Source: an uncultured Planctomycetota bacterium
GTDB lineage: Bacteria > Planctomycetota > Planctomycetia > Isosphaerales > Isosphaeraceae
Length of the DNA stretch: 64,000 nt
Assembly (NCBI GenBank): GCA_963823665.1
Contig: CAWGMQ010000008.1
Span: 1,792,001 to 1,856,000, forward strand
Direction of reading: 5' to 3'
The first letter of the stretch is position 1. Every line of letters starts with the position of its first letter. Below the pieces are notes generated by a model. The model made no database searches. It had not been told where the DNA came from and saw only the letters and a list, made by a program, of their open reading frames with translations. This document shows positions 14,400-25,726 of the stretch, piece by piece. Made by a program: the position numbers and the translations under genes.

Positions 14400-14437
14400 T
14401 TTGGTGGGTAACGCCTGGGGTGCACGACATTCGCTGT

Positions 14438-14800
14438 TTAGCGGGGAGCACGTCCACCGAGATTGGCCAGGTGGTGGACGCCCCGGTCGGCGGCGACTGT
14501 GCGCAGGCGGCGCTGCTGGCGGGGAAGAATTGGCCCAATAGGTGACCCTTCGTCAGTTTCTCGTGCCTCGTCGTCCAGCTTTCGGCGGTCGAGCTGATTC
14601 GTTCGAGGATCGGATTTGCGGTGGCGGGTGATGGGTGGCGGGTCGGCTGAGGGATTCCGGCGGCTTGGTGGATTTGGCGTCGCGGACGAGGCGGCCGGTG
14701 TGTTCGACCACGAGCAGATGGTTACCGGGCGAAAACCTTCGAGCGTTCCTTCACGGGATGAATTTGGCTTGGTTTGGTCTTCGACTGGGCGGGGCTGGAT
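14438..14800 (-). pseudogene. Degenerate 3' remnant resembling a planctomycete Y1/REP-associated transposase
   Basis: Broken minus-strand frames give VEDQ...SSREGTLEGF / HLLVVEHTGRLVRDAK / ILERISSTAESW...EKLTKGHLLGQFF / GVHHLANLGG. Recognised from recall of that family's C-terminus; not searched. Confidence 0.5.
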
Positions 14801-15021
14801 TGATTCGCGATGCTTGCGTTGCCGGGTTCTGAATTGATTTGAAATCAGGAGGTGACCGGCGTGGATTGGGGTGAGAAACGAGGTGAACCGCCGTTGCTGT
14901 GCGCTTTGGGGGTGGATAATTACCTACGTCCCCTTTTCGGTTGATATGGACCTGCGCGGATGGTAATTTAGGAGTCCACTGTCAAGTAATTGATCAAGCG
15001 ATGAACGGCGGGAGGGCAACG

Positions 15022-18000
15022 ATGACAGTCGCCCTGAGGTCACCACTCGAGATCGGGCAGCTCGTCGAGGTGCGATCGCGGCGCTGGGTGGTGAACGAGG
15101 TGGTGGCGAGTACGCTGCCGGCGCGTTCCCTCGAGGCCGCGCCGGGCCCGCCACAGCATCTCGTTTCGTTGCTTTCGCTCGAAGATGACGCCCTCGGGGA
15201 AGAGCTGCGGGTGATCTGGGAGATCGAGCCGGGTGCCACCGTAGTCGAGAAGGCGGCTCTGCCGCGGGCGACGGGTTTTGACCCACCCGAAAAGCTCGAC
15301 GCGTTTCTGGACGCCGTGCGCTGGGGGGCTGCTTCGACGGCAGACGTGCGGAACATCCAGTCGCCATTCCGGGCCGGCATCGACATCGAGGACTACCAGC
15401 TCGACCCCGTCTTCCGAGCGATCCAGATGCCGCGGGTGAACTTGCTGATCGCCGATGACGTCGGGCTGGGGAAGACCATCGAATCAGGGCTGGTCGCCCT
15501 CGAGCTGATCATTCGGCACAGAGCGCGGCGGGTGCTTGTCGTCTGCCCGGCATCGCTCCAGGTCCAGTGGCGCGACCAGATGCGAGACAAGTTCGGGCTG
15601 GATTTCCGGATCGTGGACAGCGAGCTGCTGCGAGATCTGCGGCGGCGGCGAGGCATTCATGTTAACCCATGGTCGCACTTTCCCCGGCTGATCACCTCGC
15701 TCGACTTCCTGAAGCGAGAGCGGCCGCTGCGGCTGTTTCGAGAAACTCTGCCCGCCGAGGGCGAATCGATTTATCCGCGGCGCTACGACCTGCTCATCGT
15801 GGATGAGGCGCACAACTGCGCGCCGGCCGGTCGCGGCAAGTATGCCACCGACTCGCTGCGCACGACCACCATCCGTACGCTGGCGCCTCACTTCGAGCAC
15901 AAGCTCTTCCTGACGGCAACGCCCGATAACGGGTATTCGGAGAGCTTCACCGCGCTGCTCGAGCTGCTGGACAACCAGCGATTTGCGCGGGGCATGGCCA
16001 CCGATAGCAAGGAGTTTCACCGCCAGAAGGATGCGGTGATGGTGCGCCGGCTCAAGTCTGAGCTGCCTAAGGATGACTATGGTCAGGACCGGTTTGCCAA
16101 GCGGGCTCTCGAGGCCCTGGAAGTCGACTACCCGGCCGAGGAACGACGGGTGCACGCGGCGCTGAAGCGCTACTCCGAGCTGCGGCAGGCCAACTGCGCC
16201 GACCATGCCGAAGAGTTCGCCACGGATTTCGTGCTGATGACGCTCAAGAAGCGGCTGTTCTCGAGCCCGGCGGCTTTCCTGCGGACGCTCGAACAGCACG
16301 AATCGTCGCTGAAGACCGCCAGGAAGCGCAAGGGCATCTCGAAACCCACTCGCGGAATTCTCCAGCGGCAGATCGATCGGGCGGAGGAGGATTACTCGGT
16401 CGATGACGAAGCTGAAGAGGCGACCTACGAGGCGATTGACTCGGCGGCGCTGCTCTTTCGGGAGCCGTCTGCCGAGGAGCTGGCGCTGCTGAAGGAGATG
16501 AAGTCGTGGGCCGGGCGTGCTATGGCCGGGCTCGATGCGAAGACCAAAGTGCTGACCGGGTGGCTGAATGAGCGTGTCCGGCCGGGGGGAAAGTGGTCGA
16601 ACGAGCGGGTGATCGTCTTCACGGAGTACAGGGCCACGCAGAATTGGCTGCACGGGGTGCTGGCTGCCGAGGGGCTTGCTGGGGGCGACCGGCTTTTGAC
16701 GATGTATGGCGGAATGGAGTCGAAGGATCGCGAGCGGGTGAAGGCGGCGTTTCAGACGGACCCGAAGCAGAGCCCCGTTCGGATCCTGCTGGCGACGGAC
16801 GCGGCTTCGGAGGGCATCGATCTACAAAACCACTGTTCGCGGATGGTTCATTTCGAGATCCCGTGGAACCCGAACCGATTGGAGCAACGCAACGGGCGCA
16901 TTGACCGGCATGGGCAGAAGGCAAAGACCGTGCAGATCGCGCACTTCGTGGGCAAGGGCTACAACGATCGTGAGCGGCGGCTGGTTGAAACGGCGGTCGG
17001 TGATCTCGAGGCCGATCTCGAGTTCTTGATGCGGGCGGTGAGGAAGGTCGAGGCGATTCGGGAAGACCTCGGCAAAGTCGGCCCCGTGATTGCAGACCAG
17101 GTGCAGGACGCGATGCTGGGGCGGCGGTCGAAGCTGGACACGAAGCGGGCGGAGGCGGAGTCTGAGCCGGTACGGAAGCTGTTCAAGTTCGAGCGGGATC
17201 TGGCGAAGCAGATCAAGGCGCTCAAGGATAAGCTTCAGGAGACCAGGCAGGAGCTGCGGCTCGATCCCGAGAATGTGCAGAAGGTCGTCGAGATCGCCCT
17301 GGAGCTTGCTGGTCAGCCGCCGCTCGAGGAAGCGAAGGTCGCGGGCCTGTGGCCTGATTCGAGCCTGAAGGCTTGCCCAGTCTTTCGGCTACCGGCTCTT
17401 TCCGGGAGCTGGGGGCAGTGTGCGGAGGGGCTTGCGCATCCGTTCACGGGGGAGCCACGGCCGTTCGTGTTCGCGCAGGATCTGGCGAAGGGCGCGAGGA
17501 TGTCGTGCTGGTGCATTTGAATCACCGGCTGGTGCAGATGAGCTTGCGGCTGTTGCGGGCGGAGATCTGGTCGCTGGCGGGTCAGAAGAAGCGGCTGAAT
17601 CGAGTGACGGCGCGGGTGGTGCCTGACTCGGCGCTCCAGCACATCGCGGCGGTCGCGCATGCGCGGCTGGTGGTGATCGGCGGCGACAGCCAGCGGCTGC
17701 ATGAGGAGATCATCACGGCGGGGGGCGAGTTTCGCGAGGGGCGGTTTTATCGCTTCGGTGCGCTCAAGGAGACGCCAGCGGCACTGGCCGCAGCCGCGGA
17801 CCAGGAGCCATCCGATGGTGTGAAGCAGAAGCTTCTTGATCTCTTGGTCAGGAATACCGAGCCGCTGCATCAGGCGCTGGAAGCCCGCGCGAGGGACCGG
17901 AGTGAGGGGCTGACCAAGATGCTGACGGAGCGGGCGGAGAAAGAGACATCGGATATCACGGCGATTCTGACCGAGCTGGAGCGAGCGATTCGGGATCAAC

Positions 18001-18230
18001 TGGACGATCCGGACTACAGGCAAGGGTTCTTGCCGGGGCTGGCGCCGGTCGAGCAGGAGCAATTTGAGCGGAATGTTGACGCGTTGCGCCGGCGGGTGGG
18101 GGAAATTCCGGGTGAGATTGAAAAGGAAACGGAGGCGATTCGGAAGCGGTTTGCTAACCCGCAGCCTCGGATGTTTCCTGTTGCGGTGACGTTCCTGGTG
18201 CCGGCACGGCTGGCCAGGGGGGGGCGGTGA
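15022..18230 (+). CDS. drmD: DISARM SNF2-like helicase DrmD (apparent frameshift near 17490)
   Basis: GQLVEVRSRRWVV N-terminus, LLIADDVGLGKT, DEAH, ATDAASEGIDLQ, WNPNRLEQRNGRIDRHGQ; continues in ORF 17373..18230. GGAGG precedes ATG 15022. Gene context drmMI/A/B/C. Confidence 0.92.
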
Positions 18231-18589
18231 TGGGGCCGCGGAAACGGATCGGGGACGATTCCCTGGTCGTCCGCTGTGGTCAGCCTCCCTTCGATCTTCC
18301 GATTCCGCTTTGCAGGCGCTGTGTGCAGCATGAAGGCGTTTTTGGTTACTCCGTTCAGTGTGACGATGTGGTTCCGTGGGAAAAGCTCGCCGGTTGGTGC
18401 CCGAATCAGAAGGTCGGTGTCACGACTGTCGGAGAAATCCGGGCTTTAGGGTACGATGTCATAGTCACCAGTGGTCGGGGGTGCCATGCGACTGTTGTCG
18501 TCCCGGTTGGCTGGGACCACGACACGTCGCAGGACTTGATCTTGCTGTTTCGTGAAGAAAGCAATCCCACGCCGAGGCGGCGACGATGA
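18230..18589 (+). CDS. Small hypothetical protein, candidate toxin (R...S...H pattern reminiscent of Tse2/ART-like folds)
   Basis: TGATG overlap with the drmD stop; VVRCG...GYSVQ...VGVTTVGEIRALGYDVIVTSGRGCHATV. Confidence 0.6.
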   Translation: MGPRKRIGDDSLVVRCGQPPFDLPIPLCRRCVQHEGVFGYSVQCDDVVPWEKLAGWCPNQKVGVTTVGEIRALGYDVIVTSGRGCHATVVVPVGWDHDTSQDLILLFREESNPTPRRRR

Positions 18590-19509
18590 AGACGATATTT
18601 GCCGACTATAACGCGGCGACCGAGGACGGCCACCTGTGGTTAACTTTCGAGGCGTCCCAGCAAGCCATCCGGGATGCGAAGCTCCATCCTGGAGATTGGG
18701 CGTGGTTGAGCGACGGTGAAGTTTTGGTCGGCGCTCAGTTGAGGATGGACGAGAAGTATGGGCTGGTCGGCGTTCCTGACTGGGATACGTTGGTGCCTCT
18801 CGACGAAGACGACACCCGCGATTACTTGAAGCACCTATCCGAGATTCAAAGACTTCTCGGTAAGAGCGGCGAACCCCTTCCGGATCCGAAGCGTGCGTTT
18901 GAGTTGTCGACGATCTTGGAAATCGTTGCACCGGCGGATGTCAAAGCGGCTTTCCCACCTGGGTTTTTCTCAGCCCGGCGCGCCGAGGCGCTGGCGATTC
19001 TTGGGAAGCTCGAACTGGCGCTCGTGGAGATCGAAGAGGCTCGCCGCCTGAATCCGGATAACGCGGATGACACTTGGACTTTCCTCGAGATTCTGCGTCG
19101 CCATGATCTTCCGCGAGCCAGGCGCGAGGCGGAAGCGCTGGCCCCGAGGGTGGACGTCCCTGCCAGCATTTTGGCGCAGTGCGTGAACGTGCTGGCGACC
19201 TGCGCGGACAATTTGACCGACGACCAGTTCGAACCAGTTGCCGAGAAGATCCTCGATTGGGCCGGTCGGTTTGAACGAGCGCCGGGCCGAGGGCGGGTGC
19301 GTGCGGGGGTGTTCGCTTTGTTCCAGTTTAACCTAGGAGTCGTTCTGCTGCGGCTCGGTCGTGGTGAGGCGGCGCGTGAAGCACTCAAGCTCGCGCGTGA
19401 TGTGGATCCCATTATCCCTGAGATCGAAGAGGCGGCACGATTGACGGTTTACGACGAGCGCGGCCGCGAGCTCGCCGTCCGGGTCCGTGGCAGGCCGATG
19501 GCGGCGTGA
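18586..19509 (+). CDS. Hypothetical protein: small beta-rich N-terminal domain (candidate immunity) fused to TPR-like repeats
   Basis: ATGA overlap with the previous gene. N-terminus IFADYN...GHLWL...DWDTL; C-terminal RAEALAILGKLELALVEIEEARRLNP and NLGVVLLRLGRGEAAREALKLARDVDP are TPR-like. Confidence 0.7.
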   Translation: MKTIFADYNAATEDGHLWLTFEASQQAIRDAKLHPGDWAWLSDGEVLVGAQLRMDEKYGLVGVPDWDTLVPLDEDDTRDYLKHLSEIQRLLGKSGEPLPDPKRAFELSTILEIVAPADVKAAFPPGFFSARRAEALAILGKLELALVEIEEARRLNPDNADDTWTFLEILRRHDLPRARREAEALAPRVDVPASILAQCVNVLATCADNLTDDQFEPVAEKILDWAGRFERAPGRGRVRAGVFALFQFNLGVVLLRLGRGEAAREALKLARDVDPIIPEIEEAARLTVYDERGRELAVRVRGRPMAA

Positions 19510-19575
19510 GCAGTCCTCGTGCTATCGCGCCGCAGCGACGAGGGGCTGGGGAACTTCGGGCGGAGAATACACAAC

Positions 19576-20220
19576 GTGGGCATTGGCATCACCGGGATGA
19601 GCAAGGCGAAGCGTGTCGCGTGTTCGGGCGAGTACGTTGAGGGCGAGTACGACGTCTGCCTTGAGAAGCATTTCACAATCGATCCACTTTCGCGGCGGCG
19701 AGGTGAGGTGAAGCCGGGCTGTTACAAGGTCGATCGAGGCGGTCGAACCTTCGACCTTGAGTTCGGTTACGCTGCGTATGATGGGTGGATCAGGCGACTC
19801 AGCTTGTTGGCTCTGGGTGTCGAGCCCGAAGAGGTCTGGCAGCACCGCCGCAGGTTCCGTGGCGAACCGTTCGTAGAGCTGATCAGTTTTCCGGATGCCG
19901 GCGGCGGTGCGATCGGACCGGTTGCTTCGGCCAATTTGTACTGCGATTTCGTGGCTTTCGCGCATCGGGCCAAGAGATATTATGCGATGTGCACGCCCGA
20001 CGAGTTCAAACCGCCTCTAGCCAGCAAACCATCTGCGAAGGAAAAGCCGCACCGAAATCGGATGGGGTTGTCGGACGTGATCGGGGTGACCGAAGCGCTC
20101 GGTGGGGGCGAATTTGTCTGGAGTGAAGGGGAAGACCTCGACTGGATGTGGCAGAGCTATCGGGACTTCCGGCAGGCATTCCGGCTGGCGAAGAATGACG
20201 GCCTCGTGGTTTTCTATTGA
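19576..20220 (+). CDS. Hypothetical protein
   Basis: GGAG then GTG at 19576; co-oriented ORF filling the gap before drmMI; PFVELISFPD...GAIGP and FRLAKNDGLVVFY blocks. Confidence 0.7.
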   Translation: MGIGITGMSKAKRVACSGEYVEGEYDVCLEKHFTIDPLSRRRGEVKPGCYKVDRGGRTFDLEFGYAAYDGWIRRLSLLALGVEPEEVWQHRRRFRGEPFVELISFPDAGGGAIGPVASANLYCDFVAFAHRAKRYYAMCTPDEFKPPLASKPSAKEKPHRNRMGLSDVIGVTEALGGGEFVWSEGEDLDWMWQSYRDFRQAFRLAKNDGLVVFY

Positions 20221-20244
20221 GAGACTTTGTGAGAATCGCGACTG

Positions 20245-23200
20245 ATGCCCGCATCCCGCCACCACAATGAATGGCTTTCCCTGATCGATGTCTCGGGGCC
20301 GTTTCTTTCGGTTCCGGTGCTGACCCAGGTGTTTCCGCAGGGGTTGGATGCTCATGATGCGGAGCATGCTCGGCTGCTGAAGCTTGCGTTTGAAGAGTGG
20401 GAGGATAATCAGCAGGGCGAGCGGGCTAATGCGGCGATTCACCGGGAGTGGATCAGCTTCGTTCTGAGGCAAACTCTCGGCCTGCCGGATGAGGTGATTG
20501 CCGAGGGGCAGGCGATTCCGCAGACCCTGCGGGTCACGATTGCCGAGCACGGGGAGACTCTTAGGCCAGACCTTGTTGTTCGGAATCCGGAGGGTGGGGA
20601 AGGTGCGGGGACGGCTCGGCTGCTGGTGCAGGTTTATCCGGCCACGCAGGAACTTGAGAAACCTGTGCATGGCCGGCATTGGAAGGCTTCGCCGGCGACT
20701 CGGATGATGGAGTTGCTGCACGCGACGGACGTGCGTATCGGGGTCGTTACGAATGGTCAGGACTGGATGCTTGTTGATGCTCCGAAGGGGGAGACGACTG
20801 GGTTTGCTACGTGGGATGCCCAGTTCTGGGGCGAGGAGCCGGTGACGCTCAGGGCGTTTCGCAGCTTGCTGGGGGTCCAGCGGTTTTTTGGAGTGGCTGA
20901 GGGCGAGATGCTCGAGGCAATGCTCAACGATAGCGCCTCGAACCAGCAGGAAGTCACTGATCGGTTGGGGTATCAGGTTCGGGAGGCGGTTCAGGAAATC
21001 GTCCGCGCGCTGGATCGGGTTGATCAGGATGCCCATGGGGAGGTCCTGGCGGGCATTCCGGAGAGCGAGATCTACGAGGCGGCGCTGACGGTGATGATGC
21101 GGCTGGTGTTTCTGTTTTCGGCGGAGGAGCGGGGGCTGCTGCTCCTGGGCGATCCGCTTTATGACGAGCACTATGCCGTCTCGACCTTGGTGGCGAGATT
21201 GCAAGAAGATGCTGATCAGCACGGAGAGGAGGTGCTCGAGCGGCGGCATGATGCTTGGGTGCGGCTGCTCGCGACTTTTCGGGCTGTTTATGGCGGGGTT
21301 GTGCATGAACGGCTCAAGCTGCTGCCGTATGCGGGGAAGCTGTTTGATCCGGATCGGTTTGCATTTCTGGAGGGTCGCAGATCGGGCACGTCGTGGCAAG
21401 ATCCGCTTCAGCAACTGATTGCTCCGCTAGCAATTGATAGCCGGACTGTGCTTCACTTGCTTCGGTCGCTTCAGTATCTGACGCTGCACGGCGAGGCGCG
21501 TCGGCTGAGCTTTCGGGCGCTTGATATCGAGCAGATCGGGCATGTCTATGAGGGGCTGCTTGATCACACCGCCAAGCGGGCGACGGAGCCGATGCTGAGC
21601 TTGACGGCTTCGAAGGGGATGAGCCGGAGGTGGCGCTCGCGGAACTGGAGCGGCTGGCGATCAAGGGTGAGGCTGAGCTGATCAAGTTCCTGCGTGACGA
21701 GACGGGGCGATCGGAGAAGTCGCTCAAGAGGGCGCTGGATTCGCCCGTTGGCGGGGACGCGGCACGGAAGCTCAGGGCGGCCTGTGGCAATGACGAAGCA
21801 CTGTTCAGTAGCGTTTTGCCGTTTTCGGGATTGGTGCGTTATGACACGTGCGACCGGCTCGCGGTGATTCGCAAGGGCTCCGTGTTCGTGACGGCGGGAA
21901 CGGACAGGCGGTCGAGCGGGACGCACTATACGCCGCGGAGCTTGACCGAGCCGATTGTGCAGTACACGCTGGAGCCGCTCGTTTACTTTGGGCCTGCCGA
22001 GGGGAAGTCGAAGGAGGAATGGAAGCTCCGGACTGCGAAGGAACTGCTCGATCTCAAAGTGTGTGACATGGCGTGCGGGTCAGGGGCATTTCTTGTGCAG
22101 GCGTGCCGGTATCTGTCAGAGCGGTTGGTTGAGGCGTGGGAGGAGGCGGAGAGCGGACACTTGGGCGTGCCGAGCGTCGTGTCTGAGGGAGCGGCATCTG
22201 CTGGGGTTGTGAGCGAGCAACTGATCCCAAGGGACAGCGACGAGCGGCTGGCTTACGCGCGGCGCAGTGTGGCGCAGCGGTGCCTGTATGGTGTCGACAA
22301 GAATCCGCTCGCCGCCGAGATGGCCAAGCTATCGCTCTGGCTGTTGACCTTGGCCAAGAACAAGCCATTTACGTTTCTCGATCATGCGATCCGGTGCGGC
22401 GATTCTCTGGTTGGTATCCGGGACATCCGGCAGGTTCAATACTTCCAGTTGGATCTGGATCAGGCCGACCGGAGCCTCTTCGCGGGTCCCGTCATGAGCC
22501 TCGTGGAAGAGGCTGCCTCAGTCCGGAAGGAGCTCGAGTCTCTGCCTGCGAACACAGTCGAGGATGTGCGGGAGATGCAGAGGCTATTGGCGGACGCTGA
22601 AGATAAAACGGCCCGACTCTGCCACGCGGCGGATCTGCTCATCTCGGTCGAATTCCAGCCCGTCTCCTCGGCTGGTGAAAAGGACGACCTTCACAACAGC
22701 GTGGCGATTCAGGCGGGACATTATGTCCAGAGCGCGGCTCTGAAAGACTTTCGCGTAGCTGCGGAGCAGGCCTTGGGCGGGCAGGCGACCTTTCACTGGC
22801 CGCTGGCATTCCCTGAAGTAGTGGTCGAACGAGGTGGATTCGATGCGTTCGTTTGCAATCCGCCGTTTCTTGGTGGCAAGCGAATAAGCACGATGCACGG
22901 CGCGAAATACGAACGTTTTCTTAAGTCGGTAATTACTAGAAAAAAAGGCGCAGCAGACCTTTGCGCGTACTTCTTCATTCGGGTTTTTTCACTTCTTCGC
23001 AACGAGGGCAATTTTGGGCTTCTGGCAACGAACACAATTGCTCAGACGGACACCAGGGAGATCGGCCTTCTGACTGTCGAAGCTGAAGGAGCAATAACTA
23101 AAGCAGTTCCGTCAATGGCTTGGCCCGGAGCAGCGAATGTTATTGTCGCCCTCGTCCACGCCCATAAAGGCGCATGGCACGGCCCATTCATACTTAACGA

Positions 23201-24887
23201 CTCGGTTGTCTGTGCAATCAACTCCTACTTGTCGAGCGGAGATACGCTTAAGGAGCCCTACCGTCTTGCTCTAAACAAGCATTCATGTTTTGGAACTAAA
23301 GGGACGTACGTTCATGGAAAGGGATTTGTCATTTCGGCCGAAGAGGCAAGGGATTTCATTCAGCAAGACAACAACAATGCAGCGATACTGATGCCTTATT
23401 TGGTTGCTCAGGACTTTACCACTGATCCAGAACAAAGACCAAGCCGATTCGTGATTAACTTCGGTGACATGAATCGCCAAGAGGCAATGAACTATCGCTC
23501 TCTGTGGGATCACTTAGTTTGCACCGTTCAACCCATACGCGATGCTTTGAAAGGTCAAATTCACGAGAAGTGCTTTTGGAAGTTTTGGGATCGAAGAGAC
23601 GACTTGTACGACCGAGCAAGTCAGCTCGGTCACGTCTTGGTCTGCCCTGAGGTGAGCAAGTACAGCGCCTTTGCCCTCGTCATCAACAAGTATGTGTTTT
23701 CCAGCATGGTTAATGTAGTAGCTTCCGACAGCACAGGCCTGTTTGCCTGTGTCCAATCCTCTGTGCATGGCACATGGGCATGGCATCATGGCTCAACAAT
23801 GAAAACCGATCTACGTTATACGACAAGTGATTGTCTTGACACGTTTCCGTTTCCTGAAAATTGGTCACTTGTTGATGATATCGGCGAACGCTATCATTTC
23901 TCCCGTCATGGGATCATGGTTTCGCACTGTCAGGGCTTGACGAGAACATACAATCGTTTCCACGACGAAAGTGAGTCTAACGCCGATATTCGGAAACTGC
24001 GTCGACTCCACGTCGAGATGGATACCGCCGTCGCCGCTACCTACGGGTGGACCGACCTAAATTTTGACCACGGCTTCCACGAGACCAAGCAGGGCAACCG
24101 ATTCACGATCAGCGAATCGGCTCGACGGGAAGTGCTCGCGCGGCTGTTGACGCTCAACCACGAACGCTATGCGAAGGAAGTGAAACAAGGCCTCCACGAT
24201 AAGAAGACTAAGGCCAAACCTGCATCGAGCGGCCGGGGTCGAATATCCAAGGCGTCTCCCAGCGCACCGAGCCTCAACTTTGGCGACGATGAAGACGAGC
24301 CCGACCGGGCGGCGGCCACGGACGATGAGGGTGCCGACACTGCCTCGCACGCCGAAGACGCCGCGTCGAGAGCGGCGCGAGCCGACTGCCAGATTGCGCC
24401 GGCTCCCGCGGCGGATGACCCTCCCCGCCCGGTGCCGATTGATCAGATCGAGACGGACGCCGTCATGGCTGCGTTTCGGCAGGCTGCGCGGGGCCGGGGT
24501 CGGATGGAGCGCGATGAGCTTTTGAAGGAGGTTTCGCTGATTTTGGGATACCAGCGGCTTGGGCCCAGGATTGTTGAGTCGCTGCGCGGGCATCTGCGGG
24601 CGGCGATTCGGCGCGGGATCATTGAGGCTGAGGGGCCGTCGCTTGTTCGTGCTGGGACGGGGACGATGTCGGATTATGGGCTTGAAGCCTTGCGCGAGAC
24701 GTTTCGGTCGGTCATGAGACAGGGCACGAACTACGATCGCGAAGATTTGATCCATTCCCTTGCTCATCACCTGGGGTTTGTTCGGGTTACTGACACGATT
24801 CGGGAGCCGATCAAGTCGGCGATTAATAGTGCGATTCGGCAGGGGTTGCTGGGGTGTGAGGGTACTGCGATCTGGAGGATAAGCTGA
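20245..24887 (+). CDS. drmMI: DISARM class I adenine methyltransferase DrmMI (type IIG/Eco57I-like architecture; apparent frameshift near 21617)
   Basis: HHNEWLSLIDVSGPFLS N-terminus, IGHVYEGLL, GTHYTP, motif I DMACGSGAFL, GVDKN, motif IV NPPF; located between drmD and drmA. Confidence 0.9.
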
Positions 24888-24962
24888 GAATAGATTCAGG
24901 TTCAGGACGGCGAACAGTTTCAGGCGCGGTTTTGAGCGGAGCCCATCCCAGAGGATTTCAGA

Positions 24963-25550
24963 ATGCGGTACTTGAGCGAACTCTATCGGCTCATCACCAA
25001 GCGACATACAGACATTGTTGTCTTAATAGATGAGGCACACCGCGGATGGAAGCAAGGTGCCGATGAGAGGTTGCTGAATATCGTCGAGGGGTATCGCAAG
25101 GAGGACATCGAAATATCGCCGTCATACTTGGAGCAACTCAACATCGAATCGTCGCTCTTGCAAGAAACGGAGCGAGTAATGTTCGCTGGCCTTGCGGTCG
25201 CGATTGCCTCTGTAACAGAGAACATTGTTGGTGGAATGTGTAAGCACCTCAACCTGCCTCTGGTTAAGAGCGACGGCACTCGAATCGAACGACCAAACTT
25301 CGGTAACAAGCAGACTGCAATTGAGAAACACCTCGGCATCAAGTTCTGCCGTTTGACGGGATTTGACGGGAATCGCCTGGCTCGGCTTCTGGCCAATTGC
25401 TACAAGCATTCCGAGGGCAGGGTCAATCAAGAACTCGCAAAGGCGTTCAGAAGGACGAAGGGCGAGGTTATCGCATACGAGAAGGAGAATTGGGGGCACA
25501 TGATTAGCGAGACTAAATTGTTCCTCGACGGGCTGGGTGCGAGGCTCTAG
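24963..25550 (+). CDS. Hypothetical all-helical protein, candidate HEPN-like RNase
   Basis: RLLANCYKHSEG resembles an R-x-x-x-N-x-x-K-H HEPN variant, preceded by an acidic helix (VAIASVTE); lower GC than flanks. Confidence 0.5.
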   Translation: MRYLSELYRLITKRHTDIVVLIDEAHRGWKQGADERLLNIVEGYRKEDIEISPSYLEQLNIESSLLQETERVMFAGLAVAIASVTENIVGGMCKHLNLPLVKSDGTRIERPNFGNKQTAIEKHLGIKFCRLTGFDGNRLARLLANCYKHSEGRVNQELAKAFRRTKGEVIAYEKENWGHMISETKLFLDGLGARL

Positions 25551-25726
25551 TACGGCCTATGCCACGTGCCGACCGAGCCGGACGTTCCAGAAACGACGTG
25601 CCGTTGTTGCCGCAAACGGCCCCGTCGGTCTTGGACAGCGCTTACGGTCATCTGGCCGACTGCACTAGCTGCGCGGCCGCCGGCGCGAGTTGAGTCCGGC
25701 GGCTACGAGCTCTGCGAGGTGATGAA

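Noticed and set aside
14911..14919. DnaA-box-like GGTGGATAA upstream of drmD
   Set aside because: Single imperfect copy (TTATCCACC on the minus strand); expected by chance.
15913..15936. DrmD motif reads TATPDNGY where TATPHNG is more usual
   Set aside because: A single substitution that cannot be told apart from sequencing error or natural variation.
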